From NCBI GenBank assembly GCA_964429815.1, contig CAYSCM010000001.1:32001-96000 (forward strand): a DNA stretch of 64,000 nucleotides. The letters are read 5' to 3'. The DNA is from an uncultured Candidatus Saccharibacteria bacterium (GTDB lineage Bacteria > Patescibacteriota > Minisyncoccia > Phycocordibacterales > CAYSCM01). This document shows, in pieces, positions 26,997-36,331 of this stretch; within the stretch, counting starts at the first letter, position 1, and each line of letters begins with the position of its first letter. Position numbers and translations under genes: made by a program. A model generated the notes under the pieces. The model ran no database searches. It had not been told where the DNA came from and saw nothing but the letters and a program-made list of their open reading frames with translations.

Positions 26997-27907
26997 GATA
27001 GTCTTCGCTTTATCGCGATCCGAAGAGCCTTGAGCGCTTCCCGACCGGAAACGATCGGCCTTGGCCACTCCGAGAACCATTCAGGAAGGATAGGGAACCG
27101 CTTCTCCGCTCTGAGTTGCACGTTATTTGCCTTGATGGCTCCGCCGAGAAGTTCCATGCTCTTCCCCGCTCGGCCGTGCGCATAGAAAAAGGCGCGCATA
27201 TCTTTCGGCAGACAATGCCCGCCGAAGGCTTTGCCATAGCGGAGGTACGGCTTTCGTTCGAACAAAAAATTGACGACGTTCTCTATTTTGGAGAGCTCCT
27301 TTTGGCTGGTCGGGGTTCCCATCGCGTTACCGAATTCATTCACGAATGCGATACGCATGGCATTCCAGACATTCGACAAATATTTTATGTACGATGCTTC
27401 TTCGGGGGTGCCTGCGAAAGATTTCACCGAACGTTTACGCCACTCATCGAGAAAGCTCGGTTTCTTTTTCCCGGTGCGTGCGCCAACGACGAAGTAGTAC
27501 GGATTGAGGCATTCCTCTACCGCCTTCTTTTCGTGCAAAAATTCAGGAACATAGAAATCAAATGCGAGTTTATCCAGTGATTGTGGTATGACGGTAGAGC
27601 GTAGTATGACCGTCCCCTTCGCTCCCTTCAGGGTCTCAAGGGCTTTTTCTATCGGGGAAACATCCTGAATGCCTTCTTCGGATACGCGATCGCCCACACA
27701 GACCACGTACACGGTGTTCGGGCCATCGTGTTCACGTGCGTGCGAGAGAGAAGCGATTTCCGAGCATTCTTTCTGATATTTTGGGACGTATTTGAGCGAA
27801 GTCTCTGCCACGTCATAGCAAAAAACCGGATATCTCATGATCCGCAGCGAGATGGCATTTGCTTGGCCGACCCAACCGTATCCAACGATGACAATCGTCT
27901 CCTTCAT
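26978..27907 (-). CDS. UDP-glucose/GDP-mannose dehydrogenase-family protein, short (lacks the usual C-terminal domain)
   Basis: N-terminal IVGYGWVGQ NAD-binding motif. Catalytic-cysteine region GGHCLPKD. Only 309 aa. Overlaps the downstream epimerase start by 19 nt. Confidence 0.55.
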   Translation of the reverse strand: MKETIVIVGYGWVGQANAISLRIMRYPVFCYDVAETSLKYVPKYQKECSEIASLSHAREHDGPNTVYVVCVGDRVSEEGIQDVSPIEKALETLKGAKGTVILRSTVIPQSLDKLAFDFYVPEFLHEKKAVEECLNPYYFVVGARTGKKKPSFLDEWRKRSVKSFAGTPEEASYIKYLSNVWNAMRIAFVNEFGNAMGTPTSQKELSKIENVVNFLFERKPYLRYGKAFGGHCLPKDMRAFFYAHGRAGKSMELLGGAIKANNVQLRAEKRFPILPEWFSEWPRPIVSGREALKALRIAIKRRLSWQKEF

Positions 27908-27936
27908 GGCGAAAAACTATAACATAAAAATGGCCT

Positions 27937-29073
27937 TTAGGTAACGGCCCGAAGGGACTCGAGAATGAGGCGCGCCCGCGCTTCCCAGCTGTAGCGTTTC
28001 GCGAGTTCGCGAGCGACCCGACCTCGATCCACAAATTTGCCCCGAAGTCCTTCGAGCACCGTTTTCAAAAGAATTTCCCCATCGCCAGCGGGAACGAATG
28101 CCGCCTCCCGGTCGGAGAGAATTTCCCGCACCGAGGGAAGATCCGTCGTGACAATAGGAATTCCGCTCGCCATGTAGCTGAACATTTTAAGCGGTGACAT
28201 AAACTTGGCGTAGTGTTCCGTGTTTGGATAGTTCATGACGTGCACGTTGGCGGCTCGGAAATAACCGACCATGTCCTTTTGTGATGGAGTAGCATTAATA
28301 TGAAATTGACTATCTCGAAGACCGGCAGAGTGTGCCATATCGATCGCACGAGCCCTATCGACCTGCGACATACCAGCAAGAAGTAAATACGCGTTTGGTT
28401 CCTCATGGAGTAGTTTCGGAAACAGACGTATAAGCTCCTCGACGCCCTTGCCCCTTCCCATGGTGTGGAGTGCCCCTACATACCCGACCACCTTCGCTTC
28501 GGAGGGGATGCCGTTGCCCCGACGCCACACTCCTACATCAAACGGCTCACGGTAGGGTCGCACATCGACTCCATCGTGAGCTACCACGATCTTCCCAGGA
28601 TCCACCCCTTCGCTCTTCAGAAGCTCTGCGTGTGCTCCCGTGATGGCAACAATGAGCCGAGCACGTTGAAATAGAATTCGAGCGAATCGATTCAGTTTTT
28701 TGGTGTGAACTTCCCACACTACCCTCCCCGTTTTTGCGACAAGAGAAAGCGCCACCTCATCACGACCGTAGATGATATCCGCTCTCGAACTGCGAGCGTA
28801 GAGGTACGAAGCGAAAGCAAACGTTACCACCTGTACGAAAAAGCCAGCGCTCCCGAATCGCACGAGGTCGAGCGAGAAAAGCCTTACGATGCGAAACTGC
28901 GTGCGCACATCATAAAACTCAAACGGATCGACAGCAAGCCGACCGAAGCGCCACGGTACTGCGAGAATCACCTCATGGCCTTCACGGGCAAAGGCCTCGC
29001 ACATCTTCACGACCTGGAGGCCATGCGCCTTCTCGGTCGGCAGTCGGATGTTGGCGACGTAGAGGATTTTCAT
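27937..29073 (-). CDS. glycosyltransferase family 4
   Basis: GT4 architecture. The N-terminus MKILYVANIRLPTEKAHG is typical. Confidence 0.65.
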   Translation of the reverse strand: MKILYVANIRLPTEKAHGLQVVKMCEAFAREGHEVILAVPWRFGRLAVDPFEFYDVRTQFRIVRLFSLDLVRFGSAGFFVQVVTFAFASYLYARSSRADIIYGRDEVALSLVAKTGRVVWEVHTKKLNRFARILFQRARLIVAITGAHAELLKSEGVDPGKIVVAHDGVDVRPYREPFDVGVWRRGNGIPSEAKVVGYVGALHTMGRGKGVEELIRLFPKLLHEEPNAYLLLAGMSQVDRARAIDMAHSAGLRDSQFHINATPSQKDMVGYFRAANVHVMNYPNTEHYAKFMSPLKMFSYMASGIPIVTTDLPSVREILSDREAAFVPAGDGEILLKTVLEGLRGKFVDRGRVARELAKRYSWEARARLILESLRAVT

Positions 29074-29876
29074 AGACTCCTGCGACGCTTATAGAGAAAA
29101 TTGAGCCAGCCGAACGCTAGGTTAAATGCGAGCTGCCGTGTCCACGAAAGATTCTCCTTCCAGGACTCATCGAGCTCTATTTTCTCACTCGCTTCCCCCT
29201 TCATACGGTTGCCACTTATTTGATGATGCGGAAAGGCCCGAAAAGAGAGCATGGCGGGTTCGTAGGAGAGGCCGACCGCTTCCAAGATGCGGGCGAGGGA
29301 TTCCTGCGGATGCGCAACAAGCTCCTCATAGCGCAAGAACAGGTAGCGCGCTTTGACCCTCCTGCGCAGAAGCTCGACTTTGGCGTTCATGAAAAACCAG
29401 CGCGAGAGCGAGAACCACACATGGGCTCCATATTTACGCAGATAGGATGAAAATACCCCGCGCCCGTCTCGCACTACGTGCACGATTACGGGGTCGGGGA
29501 GCGCCCGGCACATGAGTTCGGTATAGTCAGCGTTCTTTGATGAGTCGACAACGACCGAGGCCCCCTTGGTAGCGGCAGCCTTGGTATAGATGGTACGGAC
29601 ACGTTCTCGGTACTGCGCGATGTCGACCGCCTTCCCTGTCTTGGCGTAACGATAATTTTTTGAGCCGAATAGAAAACCGCTTTTGCTTCGGGCTACGTCA
29701 AAGAGTTCCCCTTTCGGGAGAATGTCCCGCCAAAAAGGGTCACTGGTGGGGTCCGAATCCTCCGAGACGAGCTCGCCGATGCCGATGACTTTCGAATGTG
29801 AGTCGAGAAGAAGGTCCAGGAGTGTTGAGCCACTGTGCCCACTTCCGAGGATAAAGAGTACTTGGGGGATTCGCAT
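29070..29876 (-). CDS. sulfotransferase family protein (second, PAPS-dependent)
   Basis: FILGSGHSGSTLL (5'-PSB) and VVRDGRGVFSS (3'-PB) motifs. First ATG at 29876. The track start at 29924 is TTG. Confidence 0.6.
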   Translation of the reverse strand: MRIPQVLFILGSGHSGSTLLDLLLDSHSKVIGIGELVSEDSDPTSDPFWRDILPKGELFDVARSKSGFLFGSKNYRYAKTGKAVDIAQYRERVRTIYTKAAATKGASVVVDSSKNADYTELMCRALPDPVIVHVVRDGRGVFSSYLRKYGAHVWFSLSRWFFMNAKVELLRRRVKARYLFLRYEELVAHPQESLARILEAVGLSYEPAMLSFRAFPHHQISGNRMKGEASEKIELDESWKENLSWTRQLAFNLAFGWLNFLYKRRRSL

Positions 29877-29960
29877 GAGAGTGAGTGTTACACGTAAACT
29901 AAATCGACATCGGGAAAGTTGCAATGAGGAGCCTGCGTTTTACTTGTGGCGCTGAGGGGA

Positions 29961-29966
29961 TATAAT
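29961..29966 (+). promoter_or_regulatory. -10 hexamer TATAAT 8 nt upstream of an ATG (near-leaderless transcript likely)
   Basis: TATAAT at 29961..29966 and ATG at 29975. Weak -35 candidates upstream. Confidence 0.35.
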
Positions 29967-29974
29967 CCTTACCT

Positions 29975-31243
29975 ATGGACGACCGGGAACGTAGGGTGTG
30001 CCGTATATCCGGCGAGCCTCTCACCGAACTTTTCACACTCGGCGAACTTTACATTTCCGATTTCATCCCGCGAGAGGGAAAGCCCCGTATGAAAAACAAG
30101 GTTGAACTTAAGCTTATGCTTGCACCAAAATCCGGTTTGGTACAGCTCGCGCACACCGCCCCTTTCGATGAGATGTACGGCGAGTATTGGTACCGCTCGG
30201 GCACCAATGAGACCATGCGTCGGGAGCTTAAGGACATCGCAGATTCCGCTTCAAGACTTATGCGACTTGCGAAGGGAGACGTGGTAATTGACATCGGCTG
30301 TAATGACGGGACGCTTTTGAGTTTCCTGGGCACCGAGGTCGTCCGCATAGGCTTTGACCCCGCACGCGGAGACTATCCCGAGCTTGCAAAAAAACATGCA
30401 GACCTTGTCGTGACCGACTACTTCACCTGCGCTGCGTTCAAAAAATCGAGCTTTGGCAAGCAAAGGGCTAAGGTTATCACATCGATCGCGATGTTTTATG
30501 ACCTCGAGAAGCCCGATGAGTTCGTTGCGGATATTGCCGAGGCTCTCGACGATGAAGGACTTTGGATAATACAGATGAGCTACACTCCGCTCATGCTCAA
30601 GCAGTTGGCCTTTGACAACATCTGCCACGAGCACCTTGAGTACTATACGCTCCATTCGCTCCAGTACCTCCTCGCGAAGCATGGGCTCAAGGTCGTTGAC
30701 TGTCAGCTCAATGACGTCAATGGAGGGAGTTTCAGGATCTATATCCGCAAGGAGAAAGCTACTCCCGCCACATTTGCGACCGCGCCATACCGTTATGTAG
30801 CGCAATTCCGGGTCGATTCCATACTCGCGTATGAGAAAACCCTCAACCTAACCGACCCGAAGACCTACCTCGACTTTTTCGAACACGCGAAACGATTGAA
30901 AAAAGAAACCGTCGACTTTATCGTATCCGAAAAGAAAAAGGGTAAGAAGATCTGGGCGTATGGGGCCTCCACCAAGGGCAATACACTCCTGCAGTGGTTC
31001 GGTCTCAATGAGACCCACATCGACGGCATAGCGGAGCGCTCTCCGGCAAAGTTCGGGCTCAAGACAGTGGGCAGTAATATCCCAATTTATTCAGAAGAGG
31101 AGATGCGGGCCGCAAAGCCCGATTACCTTTTGGTCCTGCCGTGGCACTTTATCGAAGAGTTCGTGCGGCGAGAACAGGCGTTCCTCAACGGCGGCGGGAA
31201 ATTCATAGTTCCCTGCCCGAAGTTCGAAATAGTTGGCGCCTAG
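29975..31243 (+). CDS. NDP-hexose C-methyltransferase (TylC3/NovU-type sugar C-methyltransferase)
   Basis: SAM-binding VIDIGCNDG motif. Conserved C-terminal C-methyltransferase domain (IWAYGASTKGNTLL...PDYLLVLPWHF...GGKFIVPCP). Confidence 0.7.
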   Translation: MDDRERRVCRISGEPLTELFTLGELYISDFIPREGKPRMKNKVELKLMLAPKSGLVQLAHTAPFDEMYGEYWYRSGTNETMRRELKDIADSASRLMRLAKGDVVIDIGCNDGTLLSFLGTEVVRIGFDPARGDYPELAKKHADLVVTDYFTCAAFKKSSFGKQRAKVITSIAMFYDLEKPDEFVADIAEALDDEGLWIIQMSYTPLMLKQLAFDNICHEHLEYYTLHSLQYLLAKHGLKVVDCQLNDVNGGSFRIYIRKEKATPATFATAPYRYVAQFRVDSILAYEKTLNLTDPKTYLDFFEHAKRLKKETVDFIVSEKKKGKKIWAYGASTKGNTLLQWFGLNETHIDGIAERSPAKFGLKTVGSNIPIYSEEEMRAAKPDYLLVLPWHFIEEFVRREQAFLNGGGKFIVPCPKFEIVGA

Positions 31244-31246
31244 TCG

Positions 31247-32251
31247 TTATTCCCTCCTCTGAGCCGCCTCTACCATTTCTTCGACTAGTTCCTTGAAGGA
31301 AATCTTTGGCTCCCATTCGAGCTCCTCAGCAATTTTTGCGTTGTCTCCACGGCGCGGATACATTTCCGCAGGGCGATAGAACTCGCTCGCCACGCGCACA
31401 CGCACAGTACCGGACGGGTCCACTCCGACCTCATATTGCCCTTCCGCTTTCCACGCGATATCCATACCAAGACGTTTCGCAGCTATTTCGATAAACTCCC
31501 GTACGGTATGGGCCCTGCCAGAGGCTATGACGTAGGACTCCGCCCTATCGTGCTGCAGGGTCTTCCAAACGGCTTGGACGACGTCTCTGGCGTGTGACCA
31601 ATCGCGCCTCACATCGAGATTCCCTATCCGCAACTCCTGCTCTTTCCCCAGAGAAATGCGCGCGAGCGTCGTCGCTATTTTTTGGGTCACGAATTCCCTT
31701 CCACGACGAGGACTCTCGTGATTAAAAAGAATTCCAGACACGGAAAAAATATGGTGGTCACGCCGATATGCCTCGATAAGGTTATGCGCAGCTGTTTTTC
31801 CGACGCCGTAGGGGTTGCAGGGCCGAAAGGGCGTATTCTCATTTTGCGGGCTTTCTGACGCTTCGCCGTACATTTCTGCCGATGATGCTTGGAACAGTCT
31901 CGATCCAGGCAAAAATTCTCGCATCGCCTCGAGGATAGTGAGGGGAACGAACGCAGTGCTCTCAAGGGTTTTGCGCGGGTTCTCCCAGGGGTTTGCCACC
32001 GTGCTCACCGAGGCAAGATTATATATTTCATCGGGACAGACGACTTTGAGCTGTTCGCGTAAAAAGTGAGAGTCGGTCACATCCCCTGCGGAGAGCGCGA
32101 CCCCGGTAACGTCTTTAAGATTTTCCTTCGTCGAACCTGCGCGTTCAATGCCGAACACCCGATATCCCTTTTGAAGCAAAAGTTCGGCCAAGTAGGAACC
32201 GTCTTGGCCGCCGATCCCCGTGATAAGGGCTGTTGTTGCCTTCTCTCTCAT
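31247..32251 (-). CDS. gmd: GDP-mannose 4,6-dehydratase
   Basis: LITGIGGQDGSYLAELLL, YGVGK and GILFNHESPRRG are hallmark Gmd motifs. Confidence 0.8.
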   Translation of the reverse strand: MREKATTALITGIGGQDGSYLAELLLQKGYRVFGIERAGSTKENLKDVTGVALSAGDVTDSHFLREQLKVVCPDEIYNLASVSTVANPWENPRKTLESTAFVPLTILEAMREFLPGSRLFQASSAEMYGEASESPQNENTPFRPCNPYGVGKTAAHNLIEAYRRDHHIFSVSGILFNHESPRRGREFVTQKIATTLARISLGKEQELRIGNLDVRRDWSHARDVVQAVWKTLQHDRAESYVIASGRAHTVREFIEIAAKRLGMDIAWKAEGQYEVGVDPSGTVRVRVASEFYRPAEMYPRRGDNAKIAEELEWEPKISFKELVEEMVEAAQRRE

Positions 32252-33283
32252 CTATTCATCTCCCCCCTTCTTATGGCCCGCGATAAGTCGTAGGTCCGAT
32301 TCAACCATCATCTCTACGAGATCTTGAAACGATACCTTCGGCTTCCACCCCAATTCCCGCAGGGCTTTGGTGGAATCGCCCTCAAGAGCCTCAACCTCCT
32401 GTGGTCGGAAGAAGCGCGAATTGACTTCGATGATACATTTTCCGTGCTGATCGTATCCCTTTTCTTCGAGTCCCTTCCCCCTCCACGTAATGTCGATCCC
32501 AAGCGCATGACACACCGCTGCGACAAGATCTCTCACGGTGTGGGACTTTCCTGTGGCGATAACATAATTCGAGGGTCGCGCAGGCTGGAGCATCATCCAC
32601 ATCGCCTCGACGTAATCTCCCGCAAAGCCCCAATCGCGTTTGGCCCCAAGGTTCCCTAGCCTTACTTTTTCCTGAAGTCCAAGTTTGATTTTCACCAATG
32701 AGTGGGTAAGTTTGCGTGTCACGAAGTGCTTGCCGCGGCGAGGACTTTCATGGTTGAACAATATTCCGGAGACAGCGTACTTACCTTCTTTTTGCCAGGC
32801 ACTCACAAGCTCATGTGAATGCAGTTTCGAGACCGCATACGGGCTTACTGGCTGAAATGGGCTCGCCTCGCTCTGCGGTGGCGGGGTGCTGCCGAACATT
32901 TCGCTAGTCGAAGCCTGATACACTTTCACTTTCGGGTTGCGACGGAATGCTTCAGTGCCAAGGCGTTCGAGGCCTTTGAAGTTTATATCGTCGGTCTCAT
33001 CGGGACAGAGAAACGAAACACCGACATGCGATTGTGCCGCAAGATTGTAGATCTCATCAGGTTTGGCTTCCTCAAGCGCTCGCACGATGGTCGGCATGTC
33101 GCGCATATTCCCATACATGAGATCGATCTCACCCTTGATATAGAGATCCTCTATCCGCACGAAAGGGTCCGTGCTGGTGCGGCGCATAAATCCGAATACT
33201 CGGTACCCTTTTCGTATCAGAAGCTCAGCCAGGTAGGAACCGTCCTGCCCCGTGATGCCTGTTATAAGAGCCCGTTTTTGCAT
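32252..33283 (-). CDS. gmd: GDP-mannose 4,6-dehydratase paralogue (tandem second copy)
   Basis: LITGITGQDGSYLAELLI, YAVSK and GILFNHESPRRG. Shares many residues with the neighbouring copy. Confidence 0.75.
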   Translation of the reverse strand: MQKRALITGITGQDGSYLAELLIRKGYRVFGFMRRTSTDPFVRIEDLYIKGEIDLMYGNMRDMPTIVRALEEAKPDEIYNLAAQSHVGVSFLCPDETDDINFKGLERLGTEAFRRNPKVKVYQASTSEMFGSTPPPQSEASPFQPVSPYAVSKLHSHELVSAWQKEGKYAVSGILFNHESPRRGKHFVTRKLTHSLVKIKLGLQEKVRLGNLGAKRDWGFAGDYVEAMWMMLQPARPSNYVIATGKSHTVRDLVAAVCHALGIDITWRGKGLEEKGYDQHGKCIIEVNSRFFRPQEVEALEGDSTKALRELGWKPKVSFQDLVEMMVESDLRLIAGHKKGGDE

Positions 33284-33291
33284 AGGGAAAA

Positions 33292-34515
33292 CTATACACT
33301 AGCGAGCGCCTCCCTGATAACTTCCTCCACCCGTTCACGGGAAAACAAGCTCTGCGAACACGCAACCGCCGCACGGGACATGGCCGCACGGACGGCGACA
33401 TTGCGTAGCGTTGAAAGCGCGGAGAGATACTCCTTAGCCGTCTCGGCATAGAACACTTCCTTCCCGTTTTCGAAGGGATAACCGACCGTACTGTACTTGG
33501 ACGTTATGAGCGGGACGCCACGCACCAGGGGTTCGAACACTTTTCCCTGCATGCCGACGCGCTTCGGGGATGGGACTAGGGCGATATCCATCGAACGCAC
33601 GTAGGTCGGAAATTCTTCGGAGGGGATGAAGCCGTCGTGGATGATCGTTTTTCCGTCGATATATTTCCGAAAATAATCGGGGAGTCGTGTGCCGGAGATA
33701 TGGAGCTCGTAGGCACCTGGAGAAGATCTTGCAAGTTCTGGCATGATGCGCCCCAGAATGAACTGAAGTGCCTTGCGGTTGTGGGATATGGCGTAGGAAG
33801 ATCCCAAAAAGAGCACCCGCAGCGGTTTCATCTCGCGAATAGGGTGAGATTCCCCTATGAGAGCGGGAAGCCATCGAAGCGGCAGCACTTCGACTTTCCG
33901 TGCTCCTAGACGCGCGTAGGCGGCTGCGTCGTTGGGATTGAGCGCTAGGATAAGTGTACTTTTTTTAGAGACCAGCCACTCGCTCATGAGTTTTATGAGA
34001 TAGCGTGGAATAGTTAGAAGCGAACGTTCGTGTTCCTCGAGGAAATGACGTGCTTCGAAATTTATCGATCGCGTTATTATCGGGATTCCGCGCGAACGAA
34101 CTTCTCCATAGAGTGGCCACAGATAGGTGTAGTCGAACCAAACAACGTCCGGCTGAAATGTGTTGAGTTCTTCCGCCAGTACCCTCCTCGTCAGCGGGTC
34201 ACTATACTCAAACGCCGCCCCGTCCCAAAGCCGCGGATCGATGAGACGCCGCAGGAAGCGCCCGAGACGCTCCTGGGTCGACCTCTCTCGGGCGAACGAG
34301 TAGGTGACTGGCCGTATTGGAATTCCCCACGTCCTCTGCGCTTCCTCCACCGCGCTCCTATCCGAAGGGACGACCATGACGATGACCCGCACCCTGCAGC
34401 CAAGCTTTTGGAGAAGCTTGATGCCCATGCCCCGATCAAGTTCATCGGCTCCCTGCATGGAAAAGGGGGTGCGAGGCGTTACCACCAGCACTTTCTTGCC
34501 GCGGATCCCTTCCAT
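33292..34515 (-). CDS. glycosyltransferase family 4
   Basis: GT-B/GT4-like organisation. C-terminal E...E region FEPLVRGVPLITS. Confidence 0.6.
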   Translation of the reverse strand: MEGIRGKKVLVVTPRTPFSMQGADELDRGMGIKLLQKLGCRVRVIVMVVPSDRSAVEEAQRTWGIPIRPVTYSFARERSTQERLGRFLRRLIDPRLWDGAAFEYSDPLTRRVLAEELNTFQPDVVWFDYTYLWPLYGEVRSRGIPIITRSINFEARHFLEEHERSLLTIPRYLIKLMSEWLVSKKSTLILALNPNDAAAYARLGARKVEVLPLRWLPALIGESHPIREMKPLRVLFLGSSYAISHNRKALQFILGRIMPELARSSPGAYELHISGTRLPDYFRKYIDGKTIIHDGFIPSEEFPTYVRSMDIALVPSPKRVGMQGKVFEPLVRGVPLITSKYSTVGYPFENGKEVFYAETAKEYLSALSTLRNVAVRAAMSRAAVACSQSLFSRERVEEVIREALASV

Positions 34516-34516
34516 G

Positions 34517-36331
34517 TTAGGTTTTTATGGAAAATGCTTTCGCCCACAGCTGGAACACCAGGAGACTCCACAGGCTTTGGAGATGATATCCGCCTTGCTG
34601 GTGGTCCTTGCGAAGCCGTTCTATCTCATGCCAGTTAAAAAGGCTTTTTGTTTCGACGTAAAATGATGGAGAAAGTACCTCCCTGGCAAATGCTGCGACG
34701 TCGGGACGACGCAGCCACTTTGCGGCTGGAGAAAACCACCCCCTTTTTTCCTGGCTGAGGAGAAACTCCGGCACATGACCGCGGAGCGCCTCTTTGTAGA
34801 GTATTTTTTTATCAAACGACGAAATGAGATCGCTCTGGGATAATCGATCCGCGAAGGAAAGAAGCTCCAGGTCGAGGAGCGGCACGCGCACCTCAAGCCC
34901 CGCGGCCATCCCCATCTTATCGGTACGCAGTAGCGCCTCATCGACAAGCCAATTCTTTCTGTCGACGGCCATGAACTGTTTTTCAAATGACTTCTCTACC
35001 GTCGGGAATCTGTTGCTCAGATATTCGAGGACGGGCTCACTATTGTTGTCACCTTTTTCAAGAATCGCTTGCACAGTATCCTCCGTTTGCAACATGAACC
35101 ACGCGAAACGCTCTCCTCCCTCTTCTGTCGACAGGGGTTTTAGTTTTTTATTGAGCAACCCGAGCTTTGAAAATAGCGGAATGCGACGAAGTAAACTTAG
35201 CTGATGTGATTTGCGATAACGCTCATATCCACCAAAGAGTTCATCGCCCCCGTCACCTGCGAGAGCTACTGCAACCTGCGGTTTTGTGAATTCCGCAAGT
35301 TTGAGCATAGAAAGCGACGTCGGATTCCAGTTTGGATCATCGAGATGCCAAACCGCCTTTTCGAGATAGGGGATAACCTCTGTGGCGGAAAAGAGGACAC
35401 TATGATGTTCAACACCAAACTGTGCCGCAGCGCGCTTGGCAAGTTCAAGATCTGCATTGAATTTTTCTTTTTGCTCTCCCTCCTCAAGTTCAAACCCTAC
35501 GCTAAACGTTTTCAGTTTGTGTCCCGTCTCAAAGAGAGCTGCCAGGATAGCATTTGAATCTAGGCCTCCCGAAAGATAGAGCCCTACTGGGCGATCAGAA
35601 ACAAGTTGGCGACTTACGCCCCCCTTCAACACTTCCCATAGCTTGTGCGCGCGGTCTGTTCGGTCCGCTGGCAGGAAAATCTCTCTCTCATACGCTTGGT
35701 ATGTGCTAAGTGATATTTCGCCACGACGGTACTTGAGCACCTGACCTGGTTGAATACGAGATATGCTCTCAAACATTGTCGTGGGTCCTGGCGTATAGAG
35801 AAATCGGAAATAGAGATTGAGCGAATCGCGATTAAGTTTTCGAGTAATTCCCGTTTCGAGGAGCGCCTTGATCTCCGAAGAAAAAAAGAGCTCGTTATCC
35901 TTTTCTAGATAGTAAAGAGGCTTGATGCCGACCGGGTCGCGCACGAGATAGAGAGTTTCTTCTCTCTCGTCCCAGAGCGCAAAAGCAAACATGCCATTGA
36001 AACGTGAGAGGCAGTCAACTCCCCATCTCTCCCACGCCGCCAAGATAACTTCGGTATCGCTCTCGCTCCGAAAGGGGTAGGCCGGCAATTCTTTCTTGAT
36101 ATCGCGGTAGTTGTAGAGTTCTCCGTTGTAGGTAATGGTGAATCGCCCGTCGTGGCTTGCCATCGGCTGTTTGCCACCCTCGGAGAGGTCAATGATAGCG
36201 AGGCGATTGTGCCCCAAGGTTACTTTCCCAGCCCAAAGCCCCGTGCCGTCGGGGCCCCGGTGGTTGGTTTCTTTATTCATCCGCTCAACAAGAGCGGAGT
36301 GACTTCCCGTACATCCGTTAATGCCGCACAT
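34517..36331 (-). CDS. asnB: asparagine synthetase (glutamine-hydrolysing)-family amidotransferase, likely glycan amidation (WbpS-like)
   Basis: N-terminal MCGI nucleophile cysteine. SGGLDS PP-loop ATP pyrophosphatase motif. 604 aa. Confidence 0.75.
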   Translation of the reverse strand: MCGINGCTGSHSALVERMNKETNHRGPDGTGLWAGKVTLGHNRLAIIDLSEGGKQPMASHDGRFTITYNGELYNYRDIKKELPAYPFRSESDTEVILAAWERWGVDCLSRFNGMFAFALWDEREETLYLVRDPVGIKPLYYLEKDNELFFSSEIKALLETGITRKLNRDSLNLYFRFLYTPGPTTMFESISRIQPGQVLKYRRGEISLSTYQAYEREIFLPADRTDRAHKLWEVLKGGVSRQLVSDRPVGLYLSGGLDSNAILAALFETGHKLKTFSVGFELEEGEQKEKFNADLELAKRAAAQFGVEHHSVLFSATEVIPYLEKAVWHLDDPNWNPTSLSMLKLAEFTKPQVAVALAGDGGDELFGGYERYRKSHQLSLLRRIPLFSKLGLLNKKLKPLSTEEGGERFAWFMLQTEDTVQAILEKGDNNSEPVLEYLSNRFPTVEKSFEKQFMAVDRKNWLVDEALLRTDKMGMAAGLEVRVPLLDLELLSFADRLSQSDLISSFDKKILYKEALRGHVPEFLLSQEKRGWFSPAAKWLRRPDVAAFAREVLSPSFYVETKSLFNWHEIERLRKDHQQGGYHLQSLWSLLVFQLWAKAFSIKT

